Of a DNA stretch of 64,000 nt, positions 58,068-64,000 are shown in pieces (positions within the stretch are counted from its first letter, which is position 1; each line of letters begins with the position of its first letter). The translations under genes and the position numbers were made by a program. The notes beneath the pieces were generated by a model, which was not told the DNA's origin, ran no database searches, and worked only from the letters and a program-made list of their open reading frames with translations. Origin of the DNA: an uncultured Candidatus Saccharibacteria bacterium (GTDB lineage Bacteria; Patescibacteriota; Minisyncoccia; JBAYJV01); the NCBI GenBank assembly GCA_964577395.1, contig CAZNYQ010000013.1, positions 6,409-70,408 on the forward strand. Direction: 5' to 3'.

Positions 58068-60071
58068 ATGTCAGATCAATCTAAAAAACAAAAAGCATCA
58101 GTCCATAGTCAAGAAGATAATAACCATAATTCAGATAAAAAATTTATAGTTATTGAAACTATGCCTAAGGACCTAAAGGATGAAAAACAGGATACGACTA
58201 GTAAGAATAAGAATAACAAGAGGCAAGTCAACCATAAAGAAATTATTAAAAAAATTAAAAATACTAACAAGAAAAAGAAGCAAAAAAAAGGTTTTCTTAA
58301 TAATCTCTTAGGTGGAGGCAAGGAAAAAACATCTTATGAGAAAGGAGTTGCTACCTTAAAAGACTTATTAGCACCTTCAGCTCTTAAAATAGAATCTCAA
58401 TATCTTCAACTAGGCGATAAATACTTAAGGACTATTTTTGTCTTAAATTATCCTAGATATCTTCATAGTGCGTGGCTATCTTCCATTATTAATTTAGATA
58501 GAGTTTTTGATATTTCTATTTTTGTTCACCCAGTTGAAAGCTCAACTATCTTAAAAAATCTTCAAAAGAAACTAGCTCGTGTTCAAGCTCAAATTACAGA
58601 TCGAGAAGAACAGGGAAGAGTTCGTGACCCGAAGCTCGAAACTGCCTATAACGATATTGAAGATTTAAGAGATCGTTTGCAAACTGGACAAGAGAAGTTC
58701 TTTCAGGCAGGTGTATATTTAACAATTTACGCAGACAGCTTAAAAGACCTGGATGAGGGGGTTGCCGAGATTAGGAATATTTTAGAATCTCAATTAATCT
58801 ATGCTAAACCTGCTCTGTTTATCCAAGAAGACGGTCTTCATTCAACTTTTCCTTATGCTCAGGACAAACTTCAAGTTTTAACGAGCATGAATACGCAACC
58901 CTTATCGACTATTTTTCCTTTCGTTTCCTCGGATCTTAGCTCTAATAAAGGTATTCTATATGGGGTAAATAGGCATAATAATAGTTTAATTCTTTTTGAT
59001 AGATTTAATTTAGAAAATGCCAATATGGTAATTTTTGGAGTATCAGGAGCTGGTAAAAGTTACGCTGTTAAACTAGAGGTTCTTAGGCAGCTTATGACAG
59101 GGACTGATGTATTAATTATTGACCCCGAAAATGAATATCAGTATTTAGCAGAAGCAGTTGGAGGTACTTTTGTTAAAATATCATTAAGTTCACCATACCA
59201 TATTAATCCCTTTGACGTGCCCGAACCGGCTGAAAATGAAGATCTGGGTAGCATCCTAAGATCGCATTTTGGCACTATCACAGGTATGTTAAAAATGCTT
59301 TTAGGTAATTTATCAGCAGAAGAAGAGGCTATTTTAGATAAAGCAGTAATAGAAACATATGCTTCTAGAGATATTACCCCTGACAATGATTTTATGAAAA
59401 AAGATATCACGCCTCCTAAAATGCAGGACTTGCAAGAAGTTTTAGAAGGCATGGAGGGAGCTAAAAGCTTAGCGATTAAGCTGGAAAAATATACAAAAGG
59501 TACTTTCTCTGAATTTTTAAATAATTATACTAATATTGATATTAAAAAAGGATTAATGGTTTTTAATATTCGAGATGTGGAGGAGGAATTAAGGCCAGTA
59601 GCGATGTATGTAATTTTAAATTATATTTGGCGTTTAGTGCGGTCTAAATTAAAAAAGAGACTTTTAATAGTTGATGAAGCTTGGTGGATGATGCGTCATA
59701 AAGCAGGTGCGGAGTTTTTGTTTAGTATGGCTAAAAGAGCCCGTAAATATTATTTAGGATTAACAACTATTACTCAAGACGTAGCCGATTTTGCTAACTC
59801 AGAATATGGTAAACCAATTATAACCAACTCATCTCTTCAATTGCTCTTAAAACAATCTCCTGCCACTATTCAGGAAGTAGCTCGCATTTTTAACCTAACT
59901 CAAGAAGAAAAATATTTATTGCTAGAAGGAGAAGTAGGCGAAGGTCTTTTTTTCGCAGGACTTAAACATGTTGCTATTAAAATAGTAGCTTCTTACAGTG
60001 AGGATCAAGTAATTACCTCTGACCCAAAGCAACTTTTAGAGATTGAAGAAGCTAAGAAAAAACTTGGTTAA
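58068..60071 (+). CDS. virB4: VirB4/TraE-like ATPase
   Basis: GVSGAGKS Walker A, IIDPENEY, INPFD, IVDEAW Walker B, RARKY, ITQD. Confidence 0.9.
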   Translation: MSDQSKKQKASVHSQEDNNHNSDKKFIVIETMPKDLKDEKQDTTSKNKNNKRQVNHKEIIKKIKNTNKKKKQKKGFLNNLLGGGKEKTSYEKGVATLKDLLAPSALKIESQYLQLGDKYLRTIFVLNYPRYLHSAWLSSIINLDRVFDISIFVHPVESSTILKNLQKKLARVQAQITDREEQGRVRDPKLETAYNDIEDLRDRLQTGQEKFFQAGVYLTIYADSLKDLDEGVAEIRNILESQLIYAKPALFIQEDGLHSTFPYAQDKLQVLTSMNTQPLSTIFPFVSSDLSSNKGILYGVNRHNNSLILFDRFNLENANMVIFGVSGAGKSYAVKLEVLRQLMTGTDVLIIDPENEYQYLAEAVGGTFVKISLSSPYHINPFDVPEPAENEDLGSILRSHFGTITGMLKMLLGNLSAEEEAILDKAVIETYASRDITPDNDFMKKDITPPKMQDLQEVLEGMEGAKSLAIKLEKYTKGTFSEFLNNYTNIDIKKGLMVFNIRDVEEELRPVAMYVILNYIWRLVRSKLKKRLLIVDEAWWMMRHKAGAEFLFSMAKRARKYYLGLTTITQDVADFANSEYGKPIITNSSLQLLLKQSPATIQEVARIFNLTQEEKYLLLEGEVGEGLFFAGLKHVAIKIVASYSEDQVITSDPKQLLEIEEAKKKLG

Positions 60072-60090
60072 TATGTATCGTTAAACTTTT

Positions 60091-60414
60091 ATGAGTGTTA
60101 ACTCTCAAGGGCAATCAGCAGAGAATGAATATATAAGAAAAAGCAGATTAGATAGAGTTAGGCGCATAGCTATGAACAAAAAAGCTAAAAAGGAAGCAAT
60201 GCGTCAAGGAGCCAAAGAAAAACTTAAAAAACAAGCTAAGAAGAAAGCTGCCTCAGTAGCCTTAAAAAAGATTTTTATTGCGATTGCGCCTTACTTGTTC
60301 ATACTGATTATTGCTTTTATTGCTTTTGCTGGTTTGATATATTATGTTTGTGAGGGCGGAGGTCTTGTAGCGTCAATTCTACGTCTTACGTCCCTTGGTA
60401 ATGTATGTCCTTGA
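60091..60414 (+). CDS. small basic membrane protein
   Basis: Lys/Ala-rich N-terminal helix then TM segment; TGA stop. Confidence 0.7.
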   Translation: MSVNSQGQSAENEYIRKSRLDRVRRIAMNKKAKKEAMRQGAKEKLKKQAKKKAASVALKKIFIAIAPYLFILIIAFIAFAGLIYYVCEGGGLVASILRLTSLGNVCP

Positions 60415-60429
60415 TTATATATATAAAAT

Positions 60430-61203
60430 ATGTTTAATTTTTTGAAAATTCAAAGATTAGCTATACTTACTTTAGTTTTTTTAATAATTTCTTTTTCCTT
60501 TTCTACCATTTTTATTGCTCTAGCTGGAGATAGTTCAGCTGGGCCTGGTGAGTTTGATGAAAAGGAAAGAGAGCCCTTTGAATACAAATTGATGGTTCCT
60601 CTGCCCACAGCAAGCGGAACTGTGGCAACAACAACAGGCATTGTTGATTATATCAAAACTCTTTATCTTTTTGGCATGGGTATTGCAGGCATCCTTGCGA
60701 TGGCAATGATTATTGTTGGAGGTTTTCAATGGATGGGTGGAGGTAGTATTACATCAACAAGAGCTGCTAAATCTCGAGTTTCCAATGCTGTTCTAGGTCT
60801 AGTTTTATTATTAGCAGCTTATTTAATCTTAAACACTATAAATCCTGCCTTAGTTAATTTAAAAGAACCCTATATTTATTTTATAGAGTGGTACAGAGAT
60901 TTCCCTGATGATGGGAATACTGGAACAGGTGGAACAGGTGGAGGAGGTGGATCAGATCCATGTGATGATATGGATTCTTGTTCTGAGTATAATTTTTATA
61001 TTGATTGCGTGAATGATATTTGTTCGTTAGGATGTACTATCAGTGAATGTGATATTTTAGATAGTAGTGATACATTTGGATGTGTTCAGAAAAACATTAC
61101 TAGTTGTAGTGATTATATGTTTTCAATATCTTGCCAGACTGATCCTTGTGGTGTTGGCGGGTGTAGTTATGATACTAACACAAAAACTTGTGCTAATAAT
61201 TAA
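60430..61203 (+). CDS. TrbC/VirB2-type pilin domain fused to Gly/Thr linker and Cys-rich C-terminal domain
   Basis: YIKTLYLFG.GIAGILA..MIIVGGFQW..AK.RV.NA.LGL.LLL.AYLILNTINP.L; 12 Cys in the tail. Confidence 0.82.
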   Translation: MFNFLKIQRLAILTLVFLIISFSFSTIFIALAGDSSAGPGEFDEKEREPFEYKLMVPLPTASGTVATTTGIVDYIKTLYLFGMGIAGILAMAMIIVGGFQWMGGGSITSTRAAKSRVSNAVLGLVLLLAAYLILNTINPALVNLKEPYIYFIEWYRDFPDDGNTGTGGTGGGGGSDPCDDMDSCSEYNFYIDCVNDICSLGCTISECDILDSSDTFGCVQKNITSCSDYMFSISCQTDPCGVGGCSYDTNTKTCANN

Positions 61204-61482
61204 AATATATTATTTTTTATAAAGAGGTAACTTAATTTTTGTGAGTACCTAATAATAATTTATTTATATATAATTTAGTTAATAACTAAGAAAACTTTAC
61301 AAAACTTAATGGCATCAATCGAGTGAATAGAGAAGGAGTTATCGATTATTTCTAGTTGATGATTAGTATATTTTTTAGTTAATGGTTGCCAGAAAAACAT
61401 TATTATAGATTAACGATTTGATTAATGATTTATAAAAATTAATTTTTCTTCTTATAAAATTTTATTCTTTAATATTATCAAA

Positions 61483-62709
61483 ATGAAACTTAATTTTCGC
61501 AAATTATTAATAATAGGAATCATAATATTAGGTATTGTTGTGCTTATTTTAGGCGTATGGATTCTTTTTTTTGGAGGCGAGAAAGATGGTCAAGAAAATA
61601 AGCCAATAGACATGGAAAACAGTAATTTAGAGAACGAAAGCAACGCTAGTGAGTTTAATCAATTAGAATCAGATATTCAAAGTCAAACTAAGGCAGATGA
61701 ATTTAATCAAAAGATTGAAGAAATAAAATTATCGGAAAAGGTAAGCATTTTATCAGATAGGCCAGTCATTGGAATTACTTTAAATAAAACAGGGGATAGA
61801 GTGGTCTATTATGATAGAGATACAGGTCAGGTTTTTCGTATTAGTTTTGACGGCAAGGTATGGGAAAGAGTTTCTGACATAGAAAATGATAACATTCAGA
61901 GCGTTCAATGGTCTCTAGATGGCAGCAAGTCAATTGTTAAAAATCAAAAAGGAGACACAATAGATACTTATATATATGATAGTCAAAATGGCCAAATATA
62001 TGACTTAAATGACAAGATTGGATCAATCGTTTTTTCGCCTGATGGAAGAAGAATACTTTATCATTTTTGGGATAGTTATAATAAGAGCAATATTGCAATT
62101 GCTAATTATGATGGCAGTAATTGGGAAGAACTTTTTAAAAGTAGTATGACAGGATTAAAACTTTATTGGCCTAAGCTTGATACGGTGGCTTTCCTATCGC
62201 CAGGAGGTGACTTTTATGGTGCTGATTTATATTTTACTAAGCTAGACTCACCTTATCAGTTAGATAAAATTTTAGATGATAAGTTTAATTTACGAGTTAA
62301 TTGGGCTCCTAGCGGAATAAGGTTATTGTATAGCTATAAGACAAAAAAAGAGAGTAGTCGTAGAAGGTTTTATTTAAGAGATTATGATAAAAAAACTGAT
62401 ACGTCTCTATCTTTCAATGCTTTACCTGAAAATTGTGTCTGGAACAAAGATGAAACTTCTCTATACTGCGCTGAAAAGACAACTAATTTTACTGATATTA
62501 TTCCCAATGATTATCAAAAAAAGCTATCTTTAGAAAGTGATAGCTTTTGGAAAATTGATTTTCAAGCTCAAGAATTTCAAGAAATATATATTCCTGAAAA
62601 GGAAGAAGAAAAGGTTTATAACATAGGAGAATTAATTGTTTCAGATAATGAAGACTATTTATTCTTTATCAATAAACTGGACGGGAAACTTTACAGCTTG
62701 AGAATTTAA
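61483..62709 (+). CDS. membrane-anchored beta-propeller (TolB/WD40-like) protein
   Basis: N-terminal TM; repeated WSLDGSK, FSPDGRR, WAPSG.R and WNKD blades. Confidence 0.8.
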   Translation: MKLNFRKLLIIGIIILGIVVLILGVWILFFGGEKDGQENKPIDMENSNLENESNASEFNQLESDIQSQTKADEFNQKIEEIKLSEKVSILSDRPVIGITLNKTGDRVVYYDRDTGQVFRISFDGKVWERVSDIENDNIQSVQWSLDGSKSIVKNQKGDTIDTYIYDSQNGQIYDLNDKIGSIVFSPDGRRILYHFWDSYNKSNIAIANYDGSNWEELFKSSMTGLKLYWPKLDTVAFLSPGGDFYGADLYFTKLDSPYQLDKILDDKFNLRVNWAPSGIRLLYSYKTKKESSRRRFYLRDYDKKTDTSLSFNALPENCVWNKDETSLYCAEKTTNFTDIIPNDYQKKLSLESDSFWKIDFQAQEFQEIYIPEKEEEKVYNIGELIVSDNEDYLFFINKLDGKLYSLRI

Positions 62710-63870
62710 AATTGCTAAACCAATTATTAACCAGAAAATTATGCTTAAATCGTTTTTCCAGTAAAGAGTATCAACCAATCCGTGTATTAAGGTATAAGTC
62801 ATAAGTGAGAAAAGAAGCAAGCTAAAAGAAGCTTCTTTTTTATTTTGTCGAATGGTTCTTATGGTTTTTGTAAAAAACCGTTCTAAAATTACGAGAAAGC
62901 CAATAAAACCCACCAAGCCTGCCTGAAGCCAAAAAGCTAAAAAGATATTATGAGGTTGAGGAACAGCCCATTCTAAGTAGGATGGGTAAAATTCTTGATA
63001 ACTCAGGTAATGTATTTGAAAAGTACCTGGCCCAATACCTCCTATCCAATGGTCTTTTAATATATGGAGGGCAGAGCGCCATATTATTAACCTTGAATGT
63101 AGGCTGGATCTTTCGCTTGTTAAAATATTTTGAAATTTAGGATGGCAAAAGCCTATAATTAAAATTATTACAAAAATTAATAAAGCCAAACATATTTTTT
63201 TAATATTTTTTTTATCGATTAGAATTATCAAACTGCTTAGAAAAATACCAAGCCAAGCTCCATATGAAAAAGTAAAAAACAGCGTGACAGAAATTATTAA
63301 CAAAACAAAAGACCAAAGAAATTTCTTATTTCTTTTTTTGGGGGTTGTTAAAAGATTAAAAGCTATCAACCAGCAGGGAGCTAAATACATAGCTAAGTGA
63401 TTGGGGTGGAGGTAGAAACTACCAAGGCGATTATCATAGGTTAAAATACCTAGAAGGAGATAAAAAATACCTACTAGCGCCACTATAAAACCTGACCAAC
63501 AAAGAGCTCTTAAGAGCTGTTTTATTTTTGGCTTGGTGGTTAAGAGAATTATAAGAAAAAGTATAGGTATTAAAAACCAGCTTTTTAAAATACCTAAACT
63601 CTTTAAAATATTTTGCGACGTAAAACTTGTATAAGTTACTCCTATTAATAATAAAAAAATTCCTAGCAAAACAAGTAATTTTTGCTTTAAAACACTTTTA
63701 ATGTATTTTTTTACACTATAGATATAAAATAACCACCATAAAAAGGTTATTAAAATGAACATTTCTAAAAGATTAAAAGAAAAAATATCTACTTTAAATT
63801 TAATCAAATAGGTAGGTAGAAAAAAAATAATATAGCTTAAGGGATGGATATTTTTAAAATATTTTGACAT
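62659..63870 (-). CDS. O-antigen ligase-family (possible pilin O-oligosaccharyltransferase) membrane protein
   Basis: HPNHLAMYL, TFSYGAW, SRLIIW, GIGPG.F, PHNIFL. Confidence 0.87.
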   Translation of the reverse strand: MSKYFKNIHPLSYIIFFLPTYLIKFKVDIFSFNLLEMFILITFLWWLFYIYSVKKYIKSVLKQKLLVLLGIFLLLIGVTYTSFTSQNILKSLGILKSWFLIPILFLIILLTTKPKIKQLLRALCWSGFIVALVGIFYLLLGILTYDNRLGSFYLHPNHLAMYLAPCWLIAFNLLTTPKKRNKKFLWSFVLLIISVTLFFTFSYGAWLGIFLSSLIILIDKKNIKKICLALLIFVIILIIGFCHPKFQNILTSERSSLHSRLIIWRSALHILKDHWIGGIGPGTFQIHYLSYQEFYPSYLEWAVPQPHNIFLAFWLQAGLVGFIGFLVILERFFTKTIRTIRQNKKEASFSLLLFSLMTYTLIHGLVDTLYWKNDLSIIFWLIIGLAILNSQAVKFPVQFIDKE

Positions 63871-63876
63871 TTATAT

Positions 63877-64000
63877 TTATTCTAAATGAGCTTTTTTTTG
63901 GAGAAAAGCTATTTTTTGTCTTAATAAAGGGCAGTTAGTTAAATTAGGGTCTTGCCTTAGAAGGTTTTGAGCTTCTTTTTTAGCCATTTGGATTAATTCA
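63877..64000 (-). CDS. recG: 3' end of a gene entering from the window edge, probably ATP-dependent DNA helicase RecG
   Basis: Open frame ELIQMAKKEAQNLLRQDPNLTNCPLLRQKIAFLQKKAHLE* resembles RecG C-termini; not in the ORF track. Confidence 0.6.
   Translation of the reverse strand, partial: ELIQMAKKEAQNLLRQDPNLTNCPLLRQKIAFLQKKAHLE

Overview
Very AT-rich (roughly 30% GC by eye) chromosomal segment that most likely comes from a Patescibacteria/CPR (Parcubacteria-like) bacterium. This is an inference from the gene set, the near absence of Shine-Dalgarno sites and the compact layout; the code looks like standard code 11, since TGA appears to end 60091..60414. Contents in order: a leaderless HTH-Fic gene; an ECF sigma/anti-sigma operon; a CsoR/CstR-type regulator; a B12-dependent nucleotide-reduction block (nrdJ, cobA, DUF4430-like B12 binder, lone S-component-like transporter, trxA, gdhA, trxB); housekeeping genes (hup, rny, clpP, tig, hppA, nusA, Na/Pi transporter, rplS, rluA-like, rpsA, ftsH, xer, rpsO, NYN, pnp, groESL with CIRCE, rsmA); seven tRNA genes including a rare tRNA-Ile(UAU); a strongly structured ~215-nt orphan RNA candidate with its own promoter and terminator; a surface-glycan locus; and a ~14.5-kb apparently domesticated T4SS-like cluster (extended VirB6, PrgI, VirB4, pilin with Cys-rich tail) lying between rsmA and the probable 3' end of recG. 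No CRISPR array, rRNA or IS element was seen. All family assignments come from motif recognition, not database searches.
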